A stretch of DNA of 64,000 nt from Setoptus koraiensis (taxonomy: Eukaryota > Animalia > Arthropoda), in contig CM106586.1 in assembly GCA_048013815.1 (NCBI GenBank), positions 3,968,001 through 4,032,000 of the forward strand. The letters are read 5' to 3'. The number at the start of each line of letters is the position of its first letter. Position 1 is the stretch's first letter. A program made the position numbers and the translations under genes. Shown in pieces: positions 37,161-49,681 of the stretch. The notes beneath the pieces are model-generated. The model was not told where the DNA came from, did not search any database, and worked only from the letters and a program-made list of their open reading frames with translations.

Positions 37161-38509
37161 GGCTCCGTGATGTTTGTGTCGGGCAACTTAAGCGGCGAGC
37201 TTAAGCAGCAGCGTCAAGATTCAATAGTTGCAGCCCGGCGCTAATGATCGAAATCAATTCAGTGGCTCCACCTGACACACATCGGGCGCGCAGCAAAAAC
37301 TTGCCAAGTACCATCGGCGGCTATTCATGCAGCCATTGAGCCATTATGTCATTATGATGTTGCCACTAGGCACAATGATCTAATGGCTCTCTAATGGGAC
37401 CCAATAGCGCCGGTATCGGGTAGCGCCGTGGCCAGCCGACGGTGGCCAATTTGTCGGCGGGCCCGGTCGGCCCATTGGGCCCAAGCGGGTCGGCCCGGCT
37501 CCACCGATTGATGTGCAGCCCGGTCCCGCCGATTGTTGTGCAGCCCGCAACCCGACGGCGCAACCCGAAGGCGCCAAGCAGCGGTGCACGATCGGGTTGG
37601 CCGGCCGATCCGAATTCAATGGCGGCACAATTGAATTGAATGCTAGATTGTGTGTTCGACGAAGGCCAAGTAGCGCCGGCGCCGGGATAAAAATAACAAT
37701 TGCAACTAAAATAAGTGAACCGAAATGAACTGGCGCTTGAGCGTCTTTCTGCAAAGTTAAGCAAACAAGCGCTATCTTGTTCATGTCGCGCCTTCGTTAG
37801 CGCCCCCTGCAACTGGGCCCCTTGCTGGCTTGTGCGCATATCGCCTACGTTGCGCGTATCCGCGTAATCGCGCCAACCTTAGTTTATCTGGATCGACGCC
37901 AGGGCCGGCGGGCACGCTTGGCGAGCTCGCGAAAGTCGCTATGTCCCGATGGGCGCTCGTTGGCGCTGCATGCGGCCCTTGTTTACAACGATGGCCGAGC
38001 GCACCAAGACACCAGCATGTAACGCATAAGAGCGCTCGCTCGACATGCCAATGGCTCGCACCGTGCCGCCCAGCCCACGGGCAGCAGCGGCACACTCGGC
38101 CGGGCTCCGCAAAACAACAGTAATGGATACCGACCGCTTGTCCGCCGAATCGAGCGCGCCAGTTGACAAACATGCTCACTGATGCCCGATATCGCCGACC
38201 CGATACGGCCGGCCCGATATGGCCGGCCCGAGGATAATCAAATCCGTTGGTTATATCGATAGTAATTATGGAACGACGACCGTAAGTGGCGACTCGAAAA
38301 GCGCCCGTCCGAAGCCCGGCGCATTCGCTGCGCACATGCAGCCTGTATAATTCGGATTGTGCTGATTATCAAGCACAATCAGTCCATATCCGAGTGTGGA
38401 TATGTGGCGCCCGTGCATCCACGTACCTTTCCGCCGGTTACCGACTCGGTAATACCGAGGCCATCCCTGCGGCTGTGAGGCTCTGCATTAGAAATGCGAT
38501 TGGATACCC

Positions 38510-38533
38510 GTGGGCACGGATATCCGTGCCCAC
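38510..38533. repeat. Perfect 24-bp palindrome
   Basis: GTGGGCACGGAT|ATCCGTGCCCAC. Confidence 0.95.
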
Positions 38534-41274
38534 ATCCGCACTGTGCATGCCGCCCGGCAGAGGTTTAGGCCGGCGCGCGGCCCGATCCGGCGGCATGCAG
38601 CGCCGCTCAGTATGGCGACTCGGATAATCCGAGCGCCGGGCGGACAGCGCTCGACAAAGCGCCGAACGGGCCGAGGCGCAAATTTGTCTTGCCGCGCCAG
38701 TGGCGCCTCGGTCGTGGTGCAAGTGGCGCCCCCGTGGTTGCGCCTCGTTGTGCTGGCTGGCAGCGCGTTGGCGACGGTGTTAGCAGTAATGATTATAATG
38801 ATAATAGTATTAATGTTACCGAGCCAGTAGCTACCTAGTAGCCGCCTCTTCTTATCTCTAATTTATGCTCGGCCTGTTCCGTGGCGCTCGGATTTGCAAG
38901 TTGGCGGCCTTTGCAAGTGGCAAGTTGGCCGGCCCACCGTTCTCGCCGAGAACTTGTCGGCTTGCGCGACTCGTTCTTTTTCTCGGCATCGGCATCGAGC
39001 TCGAGCTGTGACTGTGGCGCAGCGGCAAGCCCCGTTCGAATCTGTTTTCTCAATTCGAAATTCGAAATGTAATTCAAATTGTGCGTTCTCTGTGCGCCTC
39101 TTTCAATCACAGGGCATTAGCATTCGGCTTGGCGACTGTGGGCGAGCTCGCACTGCCGAATATCCACTGGCTCGGCGGCTAGACAGCGGCCCAGACAACG
39201 CTGTGGCAAGTATCACTTTGTGCCGCCAGTATCATCTGCGGGCCGCAGCGATGCTGCCGACGCTGGCATTATGCGCCTCGGCCGACTGCGGGCCTGACGG
39301 CGGCCGGGCCGCGCCACAGCGAGCGACACCGCAACGGAATATCCGAGCGACCGAATATCTGCCAGTTGATGCTGCGACTGTTTGCGACTGTTCGTTTGCC
39401 AGCTCGAGCCGCTCGCCGCTCGCGAGCTTCTGCAATCTTCTGCGAACCGTCGCGCCCTCGCCGCCATCTGAGCCCGTCTGACTCACACGGTGTGAGCGTC
39501 TTGGCGGGCGTCCTATCGCTCTCGCGCTCGAGCCGTCCGAGGCCCTCGAACATGAGCGAGCCTCCGGCGGAGGGCCGCGAACGGAGAGCCGCGAACGGCG
39601 AGCCCCGCACAGAGAGCCCGAGGAAGCCGCGAACGGAGAGGCCAACGGAGCCCCGAATATGGGAGCGAGAGAAATGAATACATACGTCGCTAACTGCATG
39701 CAATCTAATTCGGCAATTCGTCTCTCGCGCCCTCTTAAGTAACATTTGCAGCGGCAACCCGGCGCCCGTCTATTATCTGGCGGCATGGCGAGCGGCGAGG
39801 CGCACAGTAGCGGCAGTAATTTTGTTATAGCTGACTCATAACTGTTGGCAAAATTGTTATGTAACTGATAAATTTTGCGTTGCTGTCTCGCAATGGCGAG
39901 TCTCACAATCGGAGACTCTCGCAACTGACTTGCGAGAGACAAAACTCTCGCCAGCAGCAACTCGCGGCGGCCCGCAACAACTCGCAACAACATCTTGAGA
40001 GCACATTGTTGTGCGGCAGTTGTTGGCGCTAGTTGCACAAGCCAACAACTAGCCCACAACCGGCCAACAAATGCCAGTTGGCCCGTTATGAATAGGTGGC
40101 GCTGTAATAGGGCGGCTGTATGATGTTGTGGGCGGCATAAGGCCGTTGCCCGATTTATTTGTGTAGACGCCATCTAGCGACGCGCAATCAACGACAAACA
40201 GTGAGAGTTAATTTAAATTTAGTTAATTGGTATCAGTGGCCGTGTGCGGGGGCCGATTTAATTCAGTTGTGTGCCGAGCTGCGTTGGTTAGTTTAAATTA
40301 ACAACTCGGCTCGAGTCGAGAGTCTCACTGTAGTGAGAGGTAGCGAGTGTGTCGAAAGCGGCGCAGCGATAATGAAAGTGATTGATTGATTGCATAAATC
40401 AGTGCGCTTGATCAACTGGCTGGCACGAGTAGCAAGTGTATTTGTCATGTTATCGGCGACCGTGTATGGCTGGCCGAGCCGGCCAAGCGGGCAAAACCGG
40501 CAAAACTGGCGAGCGGACGAAACCGGCGAGCGGGCGAAACCAGCGAAACCGGGATGCGATTGCGCTCTTGTTGCGCGCGGCGCGATTTGGTCGCCAATTG
40601 TGTGCCCAGCTGAGCACAATGGTGACTGATGGCGCCAACAGCGACGACAACAACAGCGACAACAGCGACGCCGACAACATAGACACACATGGCAGAGGGC
40701 GAACCGGAACAGGGCGACAACAACACGGCACAATAAGTGGCGGCCAGAGAGGGAGAGTCCTCGACGGCGTTGAGTCGACGGCGTTGAGTCGGCCCCAGTT
40801 GAGCCAGCCAGCAACGGAACTGGCTGTGCGGTGACACAAGTGCGCAGTCGGTGACAAGTGCAATCTCATTGGTAATGACAACTTGTTTGTTGTTCGACAA
40901 TGCGCCCTGTCAAGTGCAGTTATATATGGATAAAGATAAAATTGCAACTAATTGCACATGAACAACCCGCCGGAGCACTGCTCATTGAGCAGCCAGACAG
41001 CCAATGAGCAAGCGAGCGAGCCAATGAGCAAGCGAGCGAGCCAATGAGCAAAAGAGCGAGCTCGCCAAGACAGTGGCACAGCCAGACAGTGAGACAAACA
41101 AACGGATAGATAGATGGAGCGATAGATAGCGGCGGCGGCGGCAGCCAGCGACATAACAGCGCCACATCGCAAATAGCGGCGCCATACGGCTGACACAACG
41201 GGCGACGCTGCCAAGATGGGCTCAGCTGATAACATCAACAATGATGTAATACCATTAACTAATTTACATTGGCC

Positions 41275-41276
41275 GA

Positions 41277-41358
<82 letters not shown>
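41275..41358. repeat. (GAC)n microsatellite, interrupted
   Basis: Long GAC run. A similar run is at ~61125-61200. Confidence 0.9.
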
Positions 41359-42282
41359 AGCGACTGCGACAACGAAAGAGCGTTAAGTTGAATGTTGAGT
41401 TAATCGAAACGCGTCCACCACTGGCAAGACCAAATTGGCAGCGACAGGGGCGCCCCTTGTTAACATGCCGGCCCGGCAGTCTATCATTGTATGCCGGCCG
41501 GCCGGCATGTGTAGCCCGTGCGGCGACATTGTGTGGCCGATTGCGGCTCGGCCGACTGCCAGCGTCTTTATGAACACACAGCCCCAGTCTTGCCAGTCAC
41601 TTTGGGGCCATTTTAAAGGTTGTTGTCGTCGGCGACACAATACGGAATAAACACAAACGGATAAACGCGAGAGCAGAAAATGGCAAAACGCGAAAGCAGA
41701 GGATGGCAAAACGCAAAACAAGCAAGCTCACTCGGCGCCAATCTCGCGCTGTGTTTTGCCGGATTTTGAGGTGGCTAGCAGCTCAAGTTTGCCCAGTTTG
41801 CAGTTTGCTGGCATTCAAATGAGATCGCTAATGAGCTCATGTTGGCAAGTGACAATTGTTGTAGTTGCTCGCCGGCTTGTTAGCCAACGCCTTGTAACTC
41901 ACAAGTTGTGAGCCCATTGCCGGCTCACTGGCTGGCCCAATGTGCTGGCAACTTTGCGACCTCGGCCCGGCTGCCGGCAAATCGCTTGCCCATGGCAAGC
42001 GAGTTTCGGCGAGCGGCCGAGCACTAGCAATTGCGGCAAGATCGGCGGCGCGGCGGCGCACTTGTGGGCGCCAGTTTACAACAGTTTGTTCGTTGGCGAG
42101 ATCGCTTGCCGTGCAAGTCGATTTGCTGCGTTGCAACTAAAAACTCTCCTCCGCCGTGCAAAGTCGAGGCGCCATTCGCAACTCGCAACACAATGTAAGC
42201 GAGCCAAAGTCAAATTAATCAAGATAGCGAGCGTGCAATATGTGCATATTTTCATTACAATCATCATTAATTCTCGGCAAAA

Positions 42283-42390
42283 ACTATTACACAACTCGCG
42301 ACTATTACACAACTCGCGACTGTTACACAACTCGCGACTGTTACACAACTGGCGACTGTTACACAACTCGCCACTATTACACAACTCGCG
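42283..42390. repeat. 18-bp minisatellite x6
   Basis: ACT(A/G)TTACACAACTCGCG. Confidence 0.95.
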
Positions 42391-42578
42391 ACAACGCGAC
42401 TGTTTGTTTGTCTGCCAGCGGAGCATGTCAACGCAAATATATCAACATTAAGCATGAGCAACAAATACATACGCGCACCCCATATAATTATACATTGGTC
42501 GTCGTAAATTTAACTACAGCTGTTAGTCGTCGTAACTGTCGCTACTCGATGACTTTTTAAGTGGCTCGATTGCGCCAT

Positions 42579-42654
42579 GTCGCTATGTGTCGCTATGTGT
42601 CGCTGTGTCGCTATGTGTCGCTGTGTCGCTATGTGTCGCTATGTGTCGCTATGC
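42579..42654. repeat. 10/8-bp minisatellite x8
   Basis: GTCGCTATGT with GTCGCTGT deletion variants. Confidence 0.9.
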
Positions 42655-45190
42655 GTCGGCTCGCATTGTCTGCGTTTGCTGCGGCCAACAAACCTTTTGC
42701 GACTTTCGCGCCCCCTATGCGCCTCTTGCGCCCCCTACGCGACTTTTCAGCGGCGCCCTGCACAGTGGCAAACAACCCAAAAGGGGCCCGCAACGCCGGC
42801 CCGGCCCACACAAACACGTGTGTCTGGGGAGCGGCGGCCAAAAGTGAAATGGATTGCCGCACTAGATACGCCACTAGATATATGTGCCAGTGCACAGTGG
42901 ATGAACGGCGGCGGCGGCGGCTGCGGCATTATTGCTCAACACAATGTTATGTAACACAATGTGGCGCGACAGGGGCGCTATACGACCGGGGCGCCCCTGT
43001 CGTATAGTGCCTGTGACAGGGCAGGCGGCCGCCGCGGAAGCGCTAAACAAGCGGGCGCCGCCGCCGCTGTCACATGGCGCCTCTGTCATACAACGGGCGG
43101 GGGTATTTTGGCGCTGCCCAAAGTATCGGCGGGCTTAAAAAATCGACACACCAGTGTGCTAATGCGCACAGATATTATCCCGTGGGGACCCAAATGTCGC
43201 CCAAATGTCGCCCAGAGGAACCCGAAGGGGCCCAGCGATAGGTACGCCGGCAGGCGGCTCGGCCGAGCGACGGCGAAACGCGCCAACAGAACGAGCCGGC
43301 CAACAGAACGAGCCGGCAAAACGCGCCAGCCAGTGAGCGGATTTGGGCGCCGTGTGTCGGCTCGCCGCGAGCCGGCGGCCCGTCGCTTGTGGCGCCCAAA
43401 CACGCTCGCCAATTGTGAGCCATCCCGCAGGCGCGCTACAAATGAAGGGCGAAACGAGGGCGCCTTTATCGGCCAACAGGGGCGATTTATACATGTGTAC
43501 AGCTAAAACATTTTATGCAAACCATAACATAGCGGCCAATTTCTGCACTAACTACTGTAACGCAATGCCGAGCCAGCCGCACATATCCTCTCGGCCCGCG
43601 TACATATCTGTCCGTTAGTTAGCTGTGCGCCCTGTCAGCCAGCTCATTCTGCTGCCTGTTCGCTGGCCCCATTCTGGCGATTCTTGGCCGTCGCGTTCAC
43701 TCGCGTTTTCTCGTTTTCTCGTTGCCCGCCTGGCCCCGGCCGCCTCGTGGCAGCGAGAATTGGGGCCCGTGCACATGGGTGCACAATGGCGCACGAGCCG
43801 CACAGTGGCCAAAGCGACAGCGCAAGCCGGTGACAATGGCGCAAAGTGAGTGAGCGAGCAGTTATAACAGCGTTATAACTAACCGTTATTATGTTATGAG
43901 ACGACGACGACGACGACGACGACGAGCAGCAGCAGCCGAGACACGACGCCTCAGGAATCTGGCGCATTTCCGTATTTCCGCAAACACACACACGCACGCA
44001 CGCACAGTGTGCAGTTGGGGCGCAGTTGTGTTGTGGCGCGCGAGCATATTCACACAGGCCCCCGGATCGAGCGCGCCAGAATGGACGAAAGATCAGCAGA
44101 TTAATGCCTTGGCCGACCAGCCGCAAAGCAAGAGAGTCTATTAGCGGCGCCATTGGCACAAACTTGTGTCGCGCCAGAACAAAATGACAAATTCTATCTT
44201 TGCGCCAGTGGCCACACCAACGGCACCCACGGCAACAACCGACAACAACCGCCGACGACCGACAACAACCGCCGACGCAACAGCGACGACAACAACGACG
44301 CAACAACGACGACAACAACAGCAACTGCCGACGCAACAACGACGACAACAACAACGACGGCGGCCAAGACGGCGGCCGTATGCAAGCTGGCCGGCGCGTC
44401 GCCCCCGCGACGAGCCAGCGAGCCCTTTGGCGGCGCGCCTGTTCTTGCGGGCTCCTCCGTCGCCCTGCTCGTTCGTTCTTTTGCGCGTTCTCGGCCCGTT
44501 GTCGCGCTCGCGGCTCGCTGTCAGGCCAGCGCGCTGCTGACTGGTGGCAAAAAAACTATTAGATTTGCATAATATCAACACCAGCCCGGTGCGCGCGTCC
44601 CCGCGAGGACGCCAGCGCATTATCTCCGAACGGCGCCTCGCCGAGGGACCCCGCACACACACACGCACACACACACGCACACACACACGCACACACACAC
44701 GCACACACATATGAGCCGCTTGGCGAGCTTGTTGCCAGACGGTCAGACGGCCAGACGGCGCGTGTATGGCGCCGGCCGAGCAACGAGCGCCGCCATGCTG
44801 GATTGTTCCTCCGAGGGGCCCCCGTCCGAGGGCTCGTTCGCTTGCTCATTCTCTGGCTGGCGCGAATTTGAAGAAAAAGAAGCTCGCTTGCACATAAGTT
44901 GTGTCACATAATGAGCTTTCGTGCAGCTACAATCGCTGGCAAATTGCGAATGGCGACACGTTGTTGTTGTCGGCGCGCTCATTGATTTAGTTAGTGGTCG
45001 GTGGGCGCCTGGCGCCATCTTGCCGCCGGGCCGCCGCTCCCCTGTTGACCGTCACCTTGGCGAGGGCGAGGCCGCGCCGAGATCACTGCAGATCAGAGAT
45101 GTTATTATTCATGGCCGCAATAACAGGCCAATAACGGACACGGCAAGTGTTACGTAACCGCAGCGGAGTGTCGCCCTTCGACACTGTCGG

Positions 45191-45270
45191 TACCGCTCCA
45201 CACCGCGCGGCACCGCTCGACACCGCGCGGCACCGCTCGACACCGCGCGGCACCGCTCGACACCGAGCGG
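45191..45270. repeat. 10-bp units alternating as a 20-bp higher-order repeat
   Basis: CACCGCTCGA / CACCGCGCGG alternate. Confidence 0.92.
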
Positions 45271-45632
45271 CACCCACACCCGACCCGGTAATGGCGCACG
45301 AGGCGCGCCATTGGCGGGACCCGCACATGCCACGCACCCTTATCCACATACCGAGATGCAGTGCGCCATGTCTGCAGACCATCACCGTGACCAGCCGCGA
45401 ATCGTGCCCATCGCTTGCCGTCGCAACCGTAATCCGTAGCGGGCCTCAACAGGCCTCAGACAGGCACCCGCAAACGTCCCGGCCGAAGCGGCCCGAACGG
45501 CCTGCGAGACATCGCTGCCGCTACTCGATAATCACCTATAGTCGCCATACTGTATCTGTTAGAACTACTGGCAGCGCGGGCCCCAACTTGCGACGCGTTA
45601 ACGAATGCGGCGTTGATTGGTGCGCTGGTCCA

Positions 45633-45762
45633 CTAGGCTGGCCCCATAGGCTGGCAGCATAGGCTGGCCCCATAGGCTGGCAGCATAGGCTGGCCCACTG
45701 GGCTGGCAGCATAGGCTGGCCCAATAGGCTGGCAGCATAGGCTGGCCCAATAGGCTGGTGGC
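45633..45762. repeat. 13-bp units alternating as a 26-bp higher-order repeat x5
   Basis: ATAGGCTGGCCC(C/A) / ATAGGCTGGCAGC alternate over 10 units. Confidence 0.92.
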
Positions 45763-46670
45763 CGGCCTACTGGTGGGGCGCCATAACCGTTATGTCGCCT
45801 TAACGTCATCCCTAACGTTAGGGCGACATAACGTCGTCATTGCCGCCTAGCGAGCAACGAGCGAAGCTGAGTTTGTGCGCCATATCTGGCCTGTCTATCA
45901 GTAGTACTACCACCGATTGAGTAGTATACGCTAGCCAACAAGCTAGCTGGCGTACCAACTGATAGACCGGGTCGACAAGCAAACAATAGCGACACACAAT
46001 TTTTGCAAAACATGCTGACACTGTGTGTCTAGCCCCGGGGCCCCGCCGGCCCAGGCAAGAAGTTGCCGTTTTGATGACATAATCTACTTTTTGCTTGCGC
46101 TCATATTGGCCAGCCATACATATAAATATATAGATATTTATTTATATATATGTGTGCCTATTGACATTACATTATTATTTCTGTCAACTGTTGGCCATTA
46201 TTATTGTCAGTGGCTCGCTCACTATTGATCGTGCTTATCATCTTGCTGGCTCCGCTGATCCCCTGATTCACTTGTTTTTGCAGCAATATTTAATTCCAAT
46301 TATCCGCGCCAGTCGGGCCACTCTCGCCAGCCGACTTGCCGATACTAGCTTGCCGATGCTAGCTTGCCAATGCTAGCTTGCCAGAACTGGCTTGCCGGCA
46401 ATAACTCGCTGTCTGATTTAACTTCAATTCTAACCGAGGCTGGCCTAAAGTTGCCAAAATGCCCGGCCAACCTGCCGGCCAAAACTGTGCGTGTGTGTGG
46501 CTTGGATCATGCAAGTTGGACGGCGCAAGGCGAGCTCGGCCAGCAGCGGCACTGGTCGTCGCCGGCGCGCCCCTGGTGTCGGCGGGCCGCAATCAGAGTG
46601 GGCCACCGACGTCGCGGCACGGCCTGTAAGCGGCCCGTAATGGGTCTTGACGTTGGCGCAGTCACATTAA

Positions 46671-46763
46671 TTTTATTTTATTTTATTTTACTTTATTTTA
46701 CTTTATTTTATTTTATTTTATTTTACTTTGCTTCACTTTATTTTATTTTATTTTATTTTATTT
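46671..46763. repeat. (TTTTA)n pentanucleotide repeat
   Basis: About 18 units with a few C substitutions. Confidence 0.92.
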
Positions 46764-47233
46764 AGTTGCTGTGAGATAAACTGTTCATTGTGAAGTACCA
46801 GCACTGTCCGCTGTCCGCTCCGTTGCTGGCATTGGTTGCCGGCAACGGTTTTCGCTTGGCACCAGCGGCGCTGGTTACTTAACCATACAAATGCAACAAT
46901 AATAACGGACCACTCTCGACAACTCGATTGCGCTGGTCAGTTAACAGCTAAGCTGGCCATAGAATGAAGAGAGAGAGAGAGAGAGCCAGTTGGAAAACAA
47001 GCAAGCAACTATATTTCATGATATCATACAATTTGTGCACCACCGACAACAACAGCACCAACAACAACAGCACCAACGACAGCGGCAACAACAGCGACAA
47101 CAACAGCACCAACGACAGCAACAACCACTAAGACTGACACACTAAGACAACGACAATGATCACTATGACCACCATGACGGCCATTACGATGACGATAGAC
47201 ACATTGCATCATTTCGAAGCTCGTTGTGGGGCC

Positions 47234-47265
<32 letters not shown>

Positions 47266-47933
47266 CACACGCACACACACTTGTGTGGGTGGCTGGCTCT
47301 GTTGGCGACTTTTCGCAATCGAGCTGCCCGTGTGTGTGTGCGTTTGTTTTAAAGAGACGGCAGTAAAAGGGTCGCGGGGCCCCAGCGCGAACCGCAGTTC
47401 AACATGGGGCCTCGCCAAGTTGGTGTGCTGTTGGCGGGCGCACTATCGAGTTGTGCCATCATTTTCTCAATCTCGCCAGTCGGCCGTCGGCAAGCCGCCA
47501 GCCAGTGCAGCTCGAAGCAGTCAGCAACTTGTCGAGCGTCACATATATATCCGTTACATGTATATATATATATATGCTCGGAGTAGAGGCGCAGAGAGAG
47601 AGATAGCGCCCAAACGATTTAAAGAGGCCACACACATTAACTCACCAGCGGCGACTTGGCCCTCTTTTTGTTGTGTCTACACACACACGCACACAGCGAA
47701 GGGGGCCCCCGAATTGGGCGGCTTGCGACAGCGCGCCGGAAAACTGCGCGCCAGGCCGCCTGTTTTCTGGCAGCGAGCCACAACGTTACACAGATCTCTG
47801 CTCGAAATATGATGAGCGCCTCCAATCTGGCGAGCCCTGTCCGCTGTTTACCGTCTGGCTGCGCTTATGGCGCCCCTCACATATCTCACACATATCTCTG
47901 GCGAGCCCTTCTTTTCCTAATTTTGTTGTCCCG

Positions 47934-48033
47934 TTCTCTCGGCCCCTCTCGGTCTCTCTCGGTCTCTCTCGGTCTCTCTCGGTCTCTCTCGGTCTCTCTC
48001 GGTCTCTCTCGGTCTCTCTCGGTCTCTCTCGGT
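47934..48033. repeat. 10-bp minisatellite x10
   Basis: CTCTCTCGGT. It is followed by a 13-bp repeat GCGGCCCCGTGTG x3 at ~48048-48093. Confidence 0.95.
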
Positions 48034-49566
48034 CCGTCTGGCTGTCGGCGGCCCCGTGTGGCGGCCCCGTTTGGCGGCCCCGTGTGGCGGCCCCAATTCA
48101 CTGATTTCAACAACTGCCCGCTACATTGCGTTACGATACAGAGGCGCACCTAGCGACATGGTTGCGCACAGTTGGCACAGTAGTTGTGGTTGTCGCTGTT
48201 GTTGGACGCACAAACAAACAACGTCGTTGTCGCTCTAATGAACCAACGTTGCGTTTCTCAGAAAGTTGCCCACTTCAGTTCGTTGCATCACAATACCCAC
48301 GATATCCGCAATACCCACAATAATGCAGCTCTCTGGCGCACACACACACAACAAATATCCGTCACCCGCGTACCGCGAAACATGCCAGGCACCGTCGGAT
48401 TCATCGGGGGTCACTCGGCGGTTGATGCAAATTTGCTTGATTAGTGCGCGCCACTATCTGATGCCACAACTGACAAATTGACTGCCAGCAACTGGCAGGC
48501 CCCAAACTAAATTGCACCCAAGCGACGGATCAATGCACAAGCCGCTGGGTGCATCAGCAGGCGTGGCCACGTCCAGTTGGCGGAAAACGGAAGTTGAGTT
48601 CGGTTCTCATTTATTCGCACTCGCGCAAGCCGCCAAGTGAAAACTGATTGCCCATTAAGCACTCGCTCTCGCGCTGCAAACCTGGCCCCTTTTGGCCGAG
48701 CCTGACCACGAGCACCAGCCTTCGGGCCGCTTCGGACAGCTCGGGCCAAGGGGCCACCAAAGAGCCAGTAAGATTGGCTGATGTTGAGCGCGGCGAGCAT
48801 CCCAGTGGCGAGTCGTCGGCCTGGCCCTCTATCGGGCGCATTTTCCGCATTGCGAGTGTCGCCAACGACAAAATCCACGATCATGCCGCGAGCTCCGAAA
48901 AAGCTAAGAAAACGGCCAGAAAAAGCTGAGAAAGCGGCCCGAAAAGCCGAAGAAGCGGCCCGAAAAAATCCGCTCGCCACACTGCGCTGCCGGCGTCACC
49001 GCGACGCCGGCTGGTGACGCAGTGGCGAGCTGCTGGCGGGCTGAAAAAGCTGCCCCCAGAAAAGAAGTCGCAAAAGGAGGTTGCGTATGGAGCCGAGCAA
49101 AGAAGCCGCGCACGGGGCAGCGAAAAGAAGCCGCCAACGGAGCCGGCGAGAAGTTGAAAAGGGGCCAACGAGGGCGTTGTGAGGAGTCATCGCCATTGTC
49201 ATTATATATTTTGTGTGTGCATGTATTGTGGCAATCACCTGCAGGCTGCAGCGCCCCACCAGACAGAATGGGGCCAACAAATCAATTTGTCGAACGATTA
49301 TTTCAAGCACTCGTTGCGGAATGCGTTGCGCTCGTACGGCTGCTGCCTATCGCGCCGGCCCCAATGCCAAAATGGAATAATTTTCAAATTGATAACACGG
49401 TGCAGACTCATCTCAGCCACAAATCTATCGGAAATTGCGCCACTCTCACTCGGCCCGCCTGGCAGCCGACGGATGACGTAATTTTTGGCTTGTCTCTCTG
49501 GCGGCCGCGGCAGCAGCTATCGGTGGCGAGCCGAACACAATTCAGTGGGGCCTTTGTGTGAAATTT

Positions 49567-49681
49567 TGTTGTTGTTGTTGCCGCTGTTGCCGCTGTTGCT
49601 GTTGTTGTTGTTGTTGTTGTTGCTGCTGCTGTTGTTGCTGCTGCTGTTGTTGCTGCTGTTGCTGCTGCTGTTGTTGCTGCT
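49567..49681. repeat. (CTG/TTG)n compound trinucleotide repeat
   Basis: About 38 triplets. Similar tracts at ~12385-12435, 18215-18295, 19345-19400 and 50085-50140. Confidence 0.92.

Noticed and set aside
39232-40173. 313-aa minus-strand ORF
   Set aside because: Ala/Arg/Ser-rich translation typical of GC-rich non-coding DNA. No motif or plausible splice context.
21637-48033. Regular arrays as possible CRISPR loci
   Set aside because: Units are head-to-tail with no unique spacers, there are no cas genes, and the context is eukaryotic and spliceosomal.
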